DNA of 63,303 nucleotides, filler included, from Olpidium bornovanus S191 (lineage: Eukaryota > Fungi > Olpidiomycota): NCBI GenBank assembly GCA_017911155.1. It is 35 parts of 35 records of this genome, joined end to end, with 100 filler letters (N's around TTAATTAATTAA, not from the genome) between each part and the next. Parts side by side here need not be neighbours in the genome. Positions count along the whole stretch, not along the records: positions 23,935 to 26,598 come from JAEFCI010000050.1; positions 26,699 to 27,960 come from JAEFCI010007258.1; positions 28,061 to 29,303 come from JAEFCI010000582.1; positions 29,404 to 30,586 come from JAEFCI010006769.1; positions 30,687 to 32,128 come from JAEFCI010001835.1; positions 32,229 to 33,333 come from JAEFCI010007387.1; positions 33,434 to 36,881 come from JAEFCI010004482.1; 28 more parts are not named here. The stretch is one strand, 5' to 3'. The notes beneath the pieces are model-generated. The model did not search any database, was not told where the DNA came from, and saw nothing but the letters and a program-made list of their open reading frames with translations. Below are positions 25,819-36,981 of the stretch, one piece after another. The position numbers and the translations under genes were made by a program. Every line of letters starts with the position of its first letter. Within the stretch, counting starts at the first letter, position 1.

Positions 25819-26698
25819 CTCGCTCCGGCGCGCCTCTTCCCCCTGGATTAGAATTAGTGTGTCCGGGTTGTGCTGCAGTTTTTGCCGGCATGCGCCGGGA
25901 GTTTGGGGCGAACGAACGACGGCCATTTAGGTGGCATCAGTCGAGACAAACAATAACTTCTTCGCGCAGAAAAAGCGCTCAGGCTCAACTATCGTTAGCA
26001 CATGGAAGGGGAGCCAAAATTGAAGAAATCAAAATCACTTTGCGGGACAATCGGGTGCATGCTTCATTGTCGTTCGGACCTCGGACCCTCATCATGATCA
26101 ACTGATTCGGCTGAGGAACTAGGTGAGGAGGCCTTGAAGGGAGGGAATCGGGATAAGAGGGCGGCCCCAACCCGGGCGGCGATCGCAATCATCTAAAGAC
26201 CCCGAGAGAAAAGGCTGGAAAGTGGGCACTTGGACGGGCGGACGAAAAAAAATGGTACACCTAGCACGTCCGGGTGCAGTATTTGGGGAAAGTGCACAAT
26301 GGGACTGGTCACCACGGAGAGTATCCTCGCATCAAACGTCGCCTATTCCAAGTGCAGGTCTGTACACATCGGCGACTACTGAGGTGATTGAGCGGGTGAG
26401 TGGGCGGGAGAACGAACCGGGGGAGCGAGGGGTGGAGAGTGAGTTTGCTTTTTGGAAAATAATAGGCGTCGAAAAAGGAAAGTTCTGTTGTAAATAACTA
26501 TGCTTTGAACTTGAATTTTACACTTCCATCTTCGATAACAAGGACCCTATTTATTCCCGCTTCTGTAGAAGTAGCCTGCTGCAGACAGGCAACCATGCNN
26601 NNNNNNNNNNNNNNNNNNNNNNNNNNNNNNNNNNNNNNNNNNTTAATTAATTAANNNNNNNNNNNNNNNNNNNNNNNNNNNNNNNNNNNNNNNNNNNN

Positions 26699-27894
26699 CA
26701 TGTCGAGGCACTGCTCGTTCTGTTCCTCCAGCATCTTTTGAAGGTGCCGGCACCCGTTCTGATCCTTGGAGAGGTTGTATATTTCGCCTACAATGTTTTC
26801 TGGACGCACTCCAGCGAAACGGTCAGCCGCTGGAACGAGGCACCAAAAAAACAAACGCAACAGCTTTTGAGCCAAGCGACAACGCCAAGCGCCCGGGCAA
26901 CAATTGCATTCCGGGAAAAATGCCTGCCCGCTCGCGCAGCAAGTCGCCTACCCTTATCATCCATTTCCAATGATCGCCTAGATCCAGTCTTCACGGGCAC
27001 GGCGGGCGAGCGCGGTTCTCCTCCGGTGGCGTCGTTCGAGTATGCCGACTGGGCGCCGGCGTATGCGAGGGGCAGCCGGTGGTGATGGCCAAGATGGGCG
27101 TAACGCGCGCCGCCGGATGTCCCGACGGTTGGGAACGTCTCCACGTGGTAGTAATCAGGGGCGGCGAGCCCTGGAGGCGGACGCACTGTGCCAAGATACG
27201 GATTTGCCGAGGCGGCGCCGCCCATGTAGAGTGCCGGCCCGTGCGGACCGCCACCAAGGTACGCGGACACGCCGGTGTCGCCGGCTGCTCCAATTCCTGA
27301 GTGCTGGTGGCGCTGCAGCCTGTGATGGTGGTGCTGGTTTTGGTGGTGGTGCGGATGATGCTGGTGGTGAGGCTGGTGATAAAAGAGGGCATTCTGGGAC
27401 TGGTGAAACTGGTAATACTGGTGGTAGTTTGGATCCTTTGCGCGCAGATGCAGCTGAGCTTGGGGTCCCTGAAAAACATGCGAAAACGAGCACCTGCTGC
27501 CTTTCGAGCAGGAACCCTGTTGGAAGTATTTACAGACACCAGCACCGTGCTTCGACTGGCCCGAGACCAGTATAGCGTTCTCTTCGTAAAACGTGCCTCC
27601 TGAGGTGTCAAACACCCCGTGGCCGGGATGGTGTGCCCGGCCACCGTGGTGTTGCCTAGACGCCGGCCCGTAACTTTCCGCGGCAATGCTTGGGGGGCTT
27701 CCACCCAGCGCATAATGACGCGTTTGGATTCCGGCGCCCAATGATCTCGGCCCAAAATACAACGGCCTGCGCCTGCTGCCGGAATGTCGTGCCCGCGTAT
27801 CTTCGCCAGACGTAGCCGGCGGGACCTCCTCTGCAGAAACATGTTCAGGTGACCAATCCTGCATCGGGCGTTCCACCGACCGTCCAATGGACAC
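26699..27894 (-). CDS. Pumilio/PUF RNA-binding protein (Puf4-like) with CCCH zinc finger, partial
   Basis: CKYFQQGSCSKGSRCSFSH (C-x7-C-x5-C-x3-H) at ~27478-27534, then a His/Gln-rich tract. Exon 26699-26829 encodes RFAGVRPENIVGEIYNLSKDQNGCRHLQKMLEE, the first PUF repeat. Confidence 0.85.
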
Positions 27895-28061
27895 ACGTGA
27901 TGGAGATGACGGATCCCCCGTGGCTGCAAAAGTGGATACCTGGGAACCCGGAAATCAGCGNNNNNNNNNNNNNNNNNNNNNNNNNNNNNNNNNNNNNNNN
28001 NNNNTTAATTAATTAANNNNNNNNNNNNNNNNNNNNNNNNNNNNNNNNNNNNNNNNNNNNC

Positions 28062-28212
28062 CTCCGCTGGTGCGTGAAGGAAGGCAGTATTATTATCCAA
28101 CGCGTAGAGTCCGCCAAAAATCCCGCGGACATATTCACCAAGCCGTTGGACAAGATTGAGCTCGTCAAGCTCCGAGAAATGGGCCGGCGTAAGGGCCATT
28201 GAGGGCGAGGAG
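28062..28212 (+). mobile_element. Ty1/Copia RNase H C-terminus and polypurine tract
   Basis: LRWCVKEGSIIIQRVESAKNPADIFTKPLDKIELVKLREMG... with the NxADxFTKPL Copia motif. Stop at 28200-28202, followed by the purine-rich gagggcgaggag. Confidence 0.85.
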
Positions 28213-30400
28213 CCGCGCACGTAAGTTGCAGGCATCGCGCACACGAGAAACCCCCTCGGCGGCATGTTCGGTAAAGATAGATTCACCTCTTTCTCATCTA
28301 GATTAGAGTAATCATGGAGCGAATACGGCGAGCTTAGTGCGGTGGGGTGACGAGAAAGAAAGGGGGTTCCAGGGGAAAAATTAGAGCACTTCGCCCGCCG
28401 ACTTTTACCCCTGAACTCCTCTCTATAAAACCGGGTAGAATCACGGAATAAACGAGCCTGTGGCGCTCTCCTTCTCCCCGAAAAACGTACGAGAATTCTA
28501 CGGGGGGGGGGGGGGAGGGGACGACAGTCTTCTCCACTCCACCGTTCCTCCATTACCGGCCGCCCTCTCGGGGCCGGGGGAAGATTAATCCCGATTGGGT
28601 CCGAGAAAAAAGGCGGAAGTTTGGGACAGAATTGACGCTCTCCACCCGCCTCGCGAAAGCCCCCCGCGGGGGACGGTGGGGAAAAGGCACAAAACAAGAA
28701 AACCGCCCCGAAAGAAACATTAAGAACTCCGCCGCTTTCCCACCGCCGCACCTTCCCCCGGCCCCCACTTCCGGGACGCGGAGCTCCCACGACTTCTCTT
28801 TTGAACTTTTTTTTTTTTAAACTTGCATATATACATTTTTTTTTCCACGCTCTCCACTTCGGCACCGACTTGCCGATTTTTCACACTCGTTTCCCCATTT
28901 CAATATTGTACATTGTATTTTTGCGATTTTTTCGTCTCCCGGACGAAACCCCACACTGCCCGCCCCACACCCGGCGGATCAGAAAAAAAAAAAAAAAACC
29001 AAAAAAAAATCAAGGGCGGAATGAAAACGTCGTACACGCGCCGCCCCCCTCGGGTTTTGAATGCGAACGAAAAAAGAAAAAAAAAATCTTCTTTGCTGTT
29101 CGCGGAAGAATTTGTCCAGGGCGAAAGAACGGAGCCAACCCCCCGCCCCCCCCTTCCTCCTTCCCCTCACCACCACCTCCTCCGCACCGCCCCCCTCCCA
29201 ACACCCCCTCTCCTGACTACGAAGTCCCGAGTCTGAAAAGTGAGGCGAGGGGCCTGAGATGAGAAACACGTACATCAAGAAGCCGGCGGACGGAAAAAAA
29301 AAANNNNNNNNNNNNNNNNNNNNNNNNNNNNNNNNNNNNNNNNNNNNTTAATTAATTAANNNNNNNNNNNNNNNNNNNNNNNNNNNNNNNNNNNNNNNNN
29401 NNNCCCCCCCCCCGCCCCCGGCTGCCGTCAGAGGGGAAGATCTCAGAGAGTTGAAAGTGCACCTAAACTCAACGTCGACTGAAATAATACAGTAGGACTT
29501 TCGGTTCCATTTTGCTGGATTCTAGGATCGAAAGTGATGATCAACTTCGGTGTCGGCGTACAGTACCTACACGGCATAAACTAAATTTTTTATTATAATC
29601 AGCTTTGTAATAACGTTTTTTCGACACGAACGGACAAGGGAATCAAGTTTCTGAGTAACTGTGGAGAAGGATCTCTTCTGCAAATTTGAGCATAACGGGC
29701 GGACCCGGGCGCAGTGAACGTTTTTTTTTTTTTTTTGACAGGTGCAGAGAGGCGGCCGAAGTTTGCGGCCCTCGACGACGGTCTGTATCGGCGCGAAACG
29801 AGAGCGTGTAAACCGGTTTCCCGGGCCGCCCCCTGCGCCGCCGTGCGGTGCGTGTGTTCCGGGTGCAAAACAAAAAAAAACCGCGTGAGCGCATTTCGCC
29901 GCGGCGAAACCACCCGATCGTGTCCTTTACGGGCGTCGCGTGGTACTTTCCCCTCTGCCGCCCATCTCGGGACTGCGTTCTCGGCAAGTTGCGGGGGGGG
30001 GGGCGTCAAGCTCGGCGGCGTGCGCGCAAGGGCGACGCGCGCCCGCCGCACCTTGCCGAGCTGAAACCTGCGGGTTTTGTTCGAGCGACGCACACCGCGG
30101 TCGACAGCGTTCCGCGGGACTTTCTCCCGCAAACGGCTCTCTCTAGGGAGTAATCGCACCCCGCCGCGTCGTGCGGGCGGGTGCAATATTGTTATTTTGC
30201 GAAACTGTGCCTGCGTTCGTGGTTCCACTTCAAAAGCAAAACAGGAAAAAGGAAAGAAAAAAAATATGCAAGGAACAAAAAAAAAGCCGGTTTCGGTTTG
30301 CCCTAGCAGGTGAAAAATTGCAAAGCCGGGCACCGCTTGACTTCCGAAGTTATCAAACCAGTTGGAAAAGAAAGGGGGGTTAAAGAAAAGACCGAAAGAC

Positions 30401-30405
30401 AAAAA
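30401..30405 (-). terminator. RNA polymerase III T5 terminator of tRNA-Ser
   Basis: TTTTT immediately after the discriminator base on the minus strand. Confidence 0.75.
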
Positions 30406-30488
30406 CGACGACAGTAGGATTTGAACCTACGCTCCCAAAGGGAAGCAGATTTCTAGTCTGCCGCCTTAACCAACTCGGCCATATCGTC
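30406..30488 (-). tRNA. tRNA-Ser (anticodon AGA)
   Basis: GACGATA/TGTCGTC acceptor stem, D-loop TGGCCGAGTTGGTTAAGGC, anticodon arm GCAGA-CTAGAAA-TCTGC, long variable arm, T arm GGTTCAAATCC; no intron. Confidence 0.95.
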
Positions 30489-30686
30489 TGCAACTTGCTC
30501 ATTGGTTGTTGGACTGCGAGATTTGCCGTTGTTATAGCGGGCAGCCGCCATCAGAAACAAGTTTCGGCTGCTGAGCGGTGGCATGANNNNNNNNNNNNNN
30601 NNNNNNNNNNNNNNNNNNNNNNNNNNNNNNTTAATTAATTAANNNNNNNNNNNNNNNNNNNNNNNNNNNNNNNNNNNNNNNNNNNN

Positions 30687-30784
<98 letters not shown>

Positions 30785-30788
30785 CGCC

Positions 30789-30819
<31 letters not shown>

Positions 30820-32299
30820 AACAACCACCACCGGATACGCACCCAGGCCGGTCAGCCTGTTCATATCTCCTTTGCGGGAGAGGGAGGTCCCCGCGGTGCC
30901 GCGCGTTTCGTCCACGGGCGGCGCGGGAAGATGCGTGCGGCGGGAGCGAAGCGGGTCCCCCCCAGCCGGGTGCCCCCCCCCCGCCTCCCCCGGGCCCTCC
31001 CGCGAAAATAGAAGGTCCCCCCCCGAGCGTCCCACGTTCTCTGTTCTCTCTCCTCTCTCTCGCTCTGTCTCGATCTCTTAACTGGCGGAGAAGGCGCACT
31101 CGAAAAGCGACGGGCGGCTCGCTCTCTCTCTTCCGGCGGGAGAGAAAGAAAGAGCGGGGGGCAGAGAGAGAGAGAGAGGAGGGGGGGAAGGGGGGGGGGG
31201 GCGCGGGAAAAAGGGGCGGGAGGAGCGGGTCCGCTTCGGGTGCTTTCGGGTGACGTGCGGGAGAAAGGAAGGGAGGGGGAACGGCGTGCGTGTGCGGAAG
31301 GAGGGCGGGGGGGGGGATGGGCGCGCCATTTTCCCCCTCTTTTTTTTTTTTTTTTTTTCTTTAGACAGAAGAAAACCGCGAGTCACGTGACACTAGTCTA
31401 CCTCTCTCCAGTCTCTCTTCCCCGACAACCCACACAGCCCCACGCGGTTTCCCTCTCACTACCCCACGAAAAAGAAAAAAAAAAACCCCAAAAAAAAATT
31501 CGAGTCGCCTAAGAAAAGCCGAGTTCCAGAACAGAACCAGAAGGGCAACAGCTTCCCCCACCCCAACCCCTGTTGATTCGGGGTCGAGGGGAGCTCAAAA
31601 AAACAGCTTATTTCTTCCACTGTTCTACCCCGGCTTCATAGATGGAGATTTTTTCAGGGGTGAAATCCGGCAAGCGTTTCAGGGGTGAAACCCTGGTGGG
31701 CGCAGCGCTACATATCTCCCCCTGAACACCCTTTTAATTCAGGCTGCGTTTCCACATCCCCCCCCCCAGGGGGTGCATGTCCAAAGGAAAAGCTGGAACT
31801 CACCCGTGTTGGTCTGCGAGGCCCGGGCAGGTTCTAACCGCCCGCCGGATATGTTCGGTGCCCCGATGTCCGAACGAGCGAACAACAGCTTAGTTTCAAG
31901 AGGTTGCCAATAATTATCCGAGTTGCTTTTCCCCCCCCCCCCCCCCCCCGCCGGGGGGGGGGGGGGGGAAGGGGGGGGGGGGGGGGGGGGGGGGGGAGGA
32001 GGTTGGTGGCAAAGTCGGACGGCTCGCTCTGTCTCCCGTTCCCCCGCCGCGCGGGGCCCCTTTGTGTTCTTTTCCGTTCCACTCGCTCTCTCCGCCCACA
32101 AGAGTGTTTGCAAGAATACGACGCCCCCNNNNNNNNNNNNNNNNNNNNNNNNNNNNNNNNNNNNNNNNNNNNTTAATTAATTAANNNNNNNNNNNNNNNN
32201 NNNNNNNNNNNNNNNNNNNNNNNNNNNNCATGCTTTGGTTGTCGTTGTTGTTTGTGTCGTTCGCTCGTTGTTTCGCGCGTTGTGTTTGTTCGCAAATAG

Positions 32300-33333
32300 G
32301 TGAACCTGGAGCTCTGCCTCCTCGAGAAGTTCACGGCCACGTGCAGAGACTGCCTCGAGCTGCACATCAACCAGGTTTCCTCGCAGGCGGTCGCCCCTTT
32401 CTCAGCGGAGGTCGACGACGTTTTCGACCGCGTCCGGGGAGACAAGAAGCGGGTGAGCGCGTTCGTCGAAAGGCTCTCGAAAGTGTACGACGATCTCCGC
32501 AGCGGCGGCACGAAGGAGAAAGCGGAAGCGAAAGTCGGAACGAGTTTCGTGAGGAAAAGCATAAAGTACTGGGTAAGGGCCCGTTGTGGCGGCAGGGGTG
32601 CCGGGCGAAAAGATGGTGTGGGTGAAGGGGGAAGGGGGGGGGGAGAGGGAGGGGAAAGATTTTTTTTTCCCGCGTACTTTCTGTTTTGTGCATCTTTGGT
32701 TGTTTGCTTTCCGGCGTCAACTTTACCGTTCGTTTTTTTTTTCGTAATTTTTTTTCCGGCGTAAACTTTTCCCTTTTTTTGCTGATTTTTTTTTTTCTCG
32801 TTGATTTTTTTTTCTCTGATTTTTTTTTTCCGTGGTAAACTCTAATTTTTTTCTTATTGTTATCTTTGTGAACGTTTTTCCGGCGTGAAAAACATACCCA
32901 GGTCCACCCCGACAACCTCACCGAGGTGAAGTGTCATGTCCTCCGGCACTTGCCAATTTTCGCCTTCCCCAACAAGGACGGGTCGCCGCACAACCCGGCG
33001 ATCACCTCGGTGTACTACGACAACTCCAACCTCGACCTCTACACCGGCCGCCTGCTGAAGCAGGACGAGGCCATCGCCCTCCGCATCAGGTGGTACGGGG
33101 TCCCGGAGCAGCCGGTCGTGTACGTCGAGAACAAAATCCACTACGAGGACTGGACGGGAGAGCCGTCCACCAAGTCCCGCTTCGCCATCGCGGAGAAAGA
33201 CGTGAACGCTTTCATGGCCGGGACCCGCACGCTCGACGACCGCATCAAGGAGCTCACCGCCTCCGGCGCGGTCCCGCGCAAGGAGATCGAGGCGATGGAC
33301 AAGCTCGCCAAGCAGGTGCAGAAGGCCGTCAAA
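32300..33333 (+). CDS. Second VTC-family subunit (polyphosphate polymerase domain), partial
   Basis: Exons 32300-32572 and 32902-33333: SFVRKSIKYW|VHPDNLTEVKCHVLRHLP...AITSVYYDNSNLDLYTGRLLKQDEAIALRIRWYG...VENKIHYEDWTGEPSTKSRF. It overlaps the same region as the 21864 gene but differs in sequence, so it is a paralogue. Confidence 0.9.
32665..32892. repeat. Degenerate intronic repeats of tttttccggcgt(c/a/g)aa
   Basis: About 4-5 imperfect copies near 32667, 32708, 32752, 32822 and 32876, inside the VTC paralogue intron. Confidence 0.6.
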
Positions 33334-33433
33334 NNNNNNNNNNNNNNNNNNNNNNNNNNNNNNNNNNNNNNNNNNNNTTAATTAATTAANNNNNNNNNNN
33401 NNNNNNNNNNNNNNNNNNNNNNNNNNNNNNNNN

Positions 33434-33482
<49 letters not shown>

Positions 33483-35281
33483 GCCCCCCTCCCGCCCCCC
33501 AACCCCCTCTCAACCCCCGTTGTTGAAAAAAAAACAAAGGGCGGGGGCGGGAGGGGCCTCTCGCGTGGGGAATAAGGGGGGGTTCCACACGGCCCCCGCC
33601 CCGCCAGCCCTTTTCTTCCTTTCACTCCTCCCTCTGCGAACCCACAACCGCCTCCGTGGTGCAAATTTCCGTATGTGGAAAGTTCTCTCCAACACCCGTC
33701 GAAGAAAGAGCAGAGCAGAGAAAGAGAGAGAGAGTGTGTGGGTGTTCCAGGCCTTCCCTCTCGAGTCTCCGTCCTCGTCTTGGCCCCACTTCGTCCTTTT
33801 TTCGCCAAAGGGCAAAGGGCCCCCAAAAGGTCAACTATATGGGGATGGTGGCAGGAGCAGCAGGAGCTTGGCCCACTCCCAATACGCTTTACGCACATAG
33901 TGTAGCGGGGGGGGGTTTCCCGGAAGAAAAAAAAAGGACGCTTGCCAAACACCTCCGTGTGGCGTTTCCTGGGCAACGGTTTCTGTTCGGCAGAAACCGG
34001 CTAAGCTTGATATGCTCACGTTAAGTAAGTTGAGTAAATTATCGATTCTAACTAGCTACCGTTTTATAGTGTAAATGGCATTACCCAGAGAGGAAGAGAT
34101 GACTAGTGCGTTAACCGAGAAACCGTTTAATCATTCCAAAAGATGATTACAGTAGTGTGTTAACCAGAAAACCGTTGTATTCTTTCCAAACATATCAATC
34201 TGTTGATTTCCGGAGAAGTTTTCTGCACCTGCAAAAGATCCCCGTGATTTCACTTTTCCTTCGTATTCAGTTTCATCGAAAAGCACGTGTTCCCCAATCA
34301 TTTGATAAGAGTTGAAAGGTCTGGCTCTGGTCACCATAGTACTTCTACTTTCTGTTTCAGTTCTTCAAACTCGTGCAATATAGTGTCTTGCCTTGTGACG
34401 TTCCTATCCCTTATCTCTCTGAACTCAGCAAAATGGAGGATAAAATTATTTTTGCCCAGTTTCCTTGTTTATGCTGTGTTCGTGCTCTTGGTGCTTGTTG
34501 GCTGTCTGGCACAATCGGGTCGACGCGCACATCCGGTCGATGCGGACTGCTAAAGAGACCGCAATCGGGCCGATGCGCGTCCGCACCTCGACGAGCACTG
34601 GCGGGGAGCCAGCGGAGGGGGGAGCAGCGGCGGCTGTGCTGCCAATGCGAACAGCACCAAAAAAAAAAAAAAAAAAAAAAAAAGCAAAAAGCCTTTTCGA
34701 GGCGAGGCTGCCGGAGCGGGTAGCGCCGGCAGTACCCAGACCTCGCGTGCCGGCGGGCTTGTGCGGTGAAGGCTTGCGTTCACGTCAAGCCGCAGAAATC
34801 AGCGTTTTCGTGATCCCTCACCATTCAGGCCTTTTGCCTCGTCGGCCCAGTTACGCACTTGCAGTGTGACGCAGAGCAAAGATTCTCCGGCCGGCGGCGC
34901 CGACCCCCAGTGGCTGCGGCTTCCGGCTTTTTTTCGCCACGGGCTTCTTTTTTTGTTCCCCATTGTTTTCCCTCTCTCGTCTCTCTTCGCTACCTGTCGG
35001 AGCGGATGCCGGCCCGGGAAAGAGAGTGGAGCGGAAAAGAAGCGGGGTGTTTTTTTTTTTTTTTTTTTTTTTTTGGTTTCTGTTTTCCGCCGGAGGTTCC
35101 GACGGGGACGCCGCCCGCCCGGGACGTTCGGAACCGCAGACGATTCACGCGAGCCATCTGCGCGACGCGCGCGCCGGGCGACCCGCTGAGACGCCCTGCA
35201 AGCCCTGCACGCCGCCCCCCGTCCCCGCCCACCTCCCGCCACCCCGCCCGCGGCGTGCGCGCAGCCACAGCGAGGTCGCCG

Positions 35282-36728
35282 ATGGCGGAGTCGCTCGCAG
35301 GCGGCCGGCCGAGGAAGCGCGGAACACGACGAGGGAGCGGGCCAGCCGACACTCCGCCGAAGGGCGCGCACGGCTCGTCGCCCAGGCGCAGCAGCAGCCA
35401 ACGGCGGTCGGCTAAGGACTTACAGTCCGCCGTCGGCGCCGCCTTGTCGGGCGTCTGGCTCCCGATCCTGAGCCTGATTTTCGGCGGCTGCTGCTCGAAT
35501 GTGTACACGCTGGAGGTGCTTGTCCGGTGAGTTTTTGCCCCGGAACGGGCCGCCAGCAGAGCTCGCGCGGAGGGGAGGGGGACGGGCATAGGCGTTGCGG
35601 GGAAGGAGGGGAGATTCCTGGGAACAGATTGGGAGGGCTCGAGCCGTCGCAGGGGAATTCTTTTTCACTTCGATGCGGTGCGCCGTATCCCGAACAGGGA
35701 GGAGCGATCTTCACGGTGTGGAATCCTCGTCGGCTCATCCCGGTGTTCTGCGTCGCCTCCATCAGGGACGCGCCGTCCAGCGGTACGTGTTGTCGCTTCT
35801 GCGGCCGCCCGATTGCCCTCCCGGCGTTCTCCGGCGTATTTTCCTCACCCGCTAAGCAGGCGAAGAAGGAAAAAAGCGCTTCACGCGTCCCAGTTCGGTC
35901 GCGGACGGGTGAACGACGGGAAAACAAAAAACAAAAAAATAAATTGGGCTCCCGGGCCGTCCAGGGCACCTCATCACCTTCGCGCAGTTCCTCGTGGTCG
36001 CCACGGAGGGCTTCCTCTCTCACCTCGAGGTGCCGGCGGCACGCCTCCAGGCGCCGCGCGCGCGGGACTACGTGCCGCGGCTGCCACCGACGGTCATACC
36101 GATCCACCGCTGGATGGCGCTCGTCGTGATGTTTTTTGCCGTGTCGGTGCTCAACAACTGGGCACTCGCCTACGACGTGTCCATGCCAATCCACATCATT
36201 TTCCGGAGCGGCGGGCTGATCGTGAGCCTTATCCTCGGCCGGCTGGTCTTAGGGAAGCGGTGGGTGTGCCCGAAGGATTGAAGATCGGGGGGCGACAACC
36301 CCCCCCTCGGACCTTTTTTTTTTTTCCTTTTTTTTTTTTTTTTTTTTGCACCCCGCAGTGACGCGTGTGGATCCCGGGTATCTTGCGCGGATGATCACCC
36401 GCTTGCAGGTATTCACCTAGGCAGGTCATCTCGGTGGTCATGATCTCCGTTGGAATTTTGATGGCGACAGTCAGCCTGACTGACGCGGAGCCACAGGTTG
36501 GTCGGAGGGCGTGTGCTCCTGGGGCGCGGGATCCCGGAATGCTGATCAGCCCTTTTTTTTTTTCACTGTCGCAAGGCGAAAACGAAAGCCCGAGACGCGG
36601 CCGGAGAATTCGCAACGGGGATTCTGCTGCTATCGCTCGCCATGTTCCTGTCCGGATGGATGGGCGTCTTTCAGGAAGTCACTTACCGGAAATATGGGAA
36701 GCAGTGGCGGGAAGGGCTGTTTTACACA
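35282..36728 (+). CDS. YEA4: UDP-GlcNAc/UDP-xylose nucleotide-sugar transporter (SLC35B4/Yea4 family), 3'-partial
   Basis: LSLIFGGCCSNVYTLEVLVR|DAPSSG|HLITFAQFLVVATEG...FFAVSVLNNWALAYDVSMPIHIIFRSGGLIVSLILG...GVFQEVTYRKYGKQWREGLFYT. Confidence 0.92.
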
Positions 36729-36981
36729 GTACGAACTTCATTTTCCGACATTTGCATGTACATGTTGCGCGGTCGGATAGGATTCGCTTTCTTTATTTTT
36801 CTTTCGGTTTGCTTTGAGACCGCGTCGAAAATCGGGTGTCCGGTCAGTTTGTGACGCGTTACGATTCCTTATTCTTTTTCGNNNNNNNNNNNNNNNNNNN
36901 NNNNNNNNNNNNNNNNNNNNNNNNNTTAATTAATTAANNNNNNNNNNNNNNNNNNNNNNNNNNNNNNNNNNNNNNNNNNNN

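Noticed and set aside
29534-29654. Box C (gtgatga) and box D (ctga) as a C/D snoRNA
   Set aside because: No terminal stem or recognisable rRNA guide.
29600-30200. Putative small minus-strand exons (FQLGK, YHATPVKDTI, EEILLHSYSET)
   Set aside because: Splice phases and product could not be reconciled confidently.
31640-31740. Two tttcaggggtgaaa direct repeats with an inverted cccctgaa
   Set aside because: Too short and too few to support a regulatory or mobile element.
21864-33333. VTC4 and its paralogue, or any other genes here, as a physical gene cluster
   Set aside because: They lie on different contigs joined arbitrarily; adjacency across spacers is not evidence of linkage.
34150-34460. 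TGA-as-Trp (mitochondrial code) reading through three in-frame TGAs
   Set aside because: The read-through product resembles no mitochondrial protein I recognise; a simple frameshift explains the data as well.
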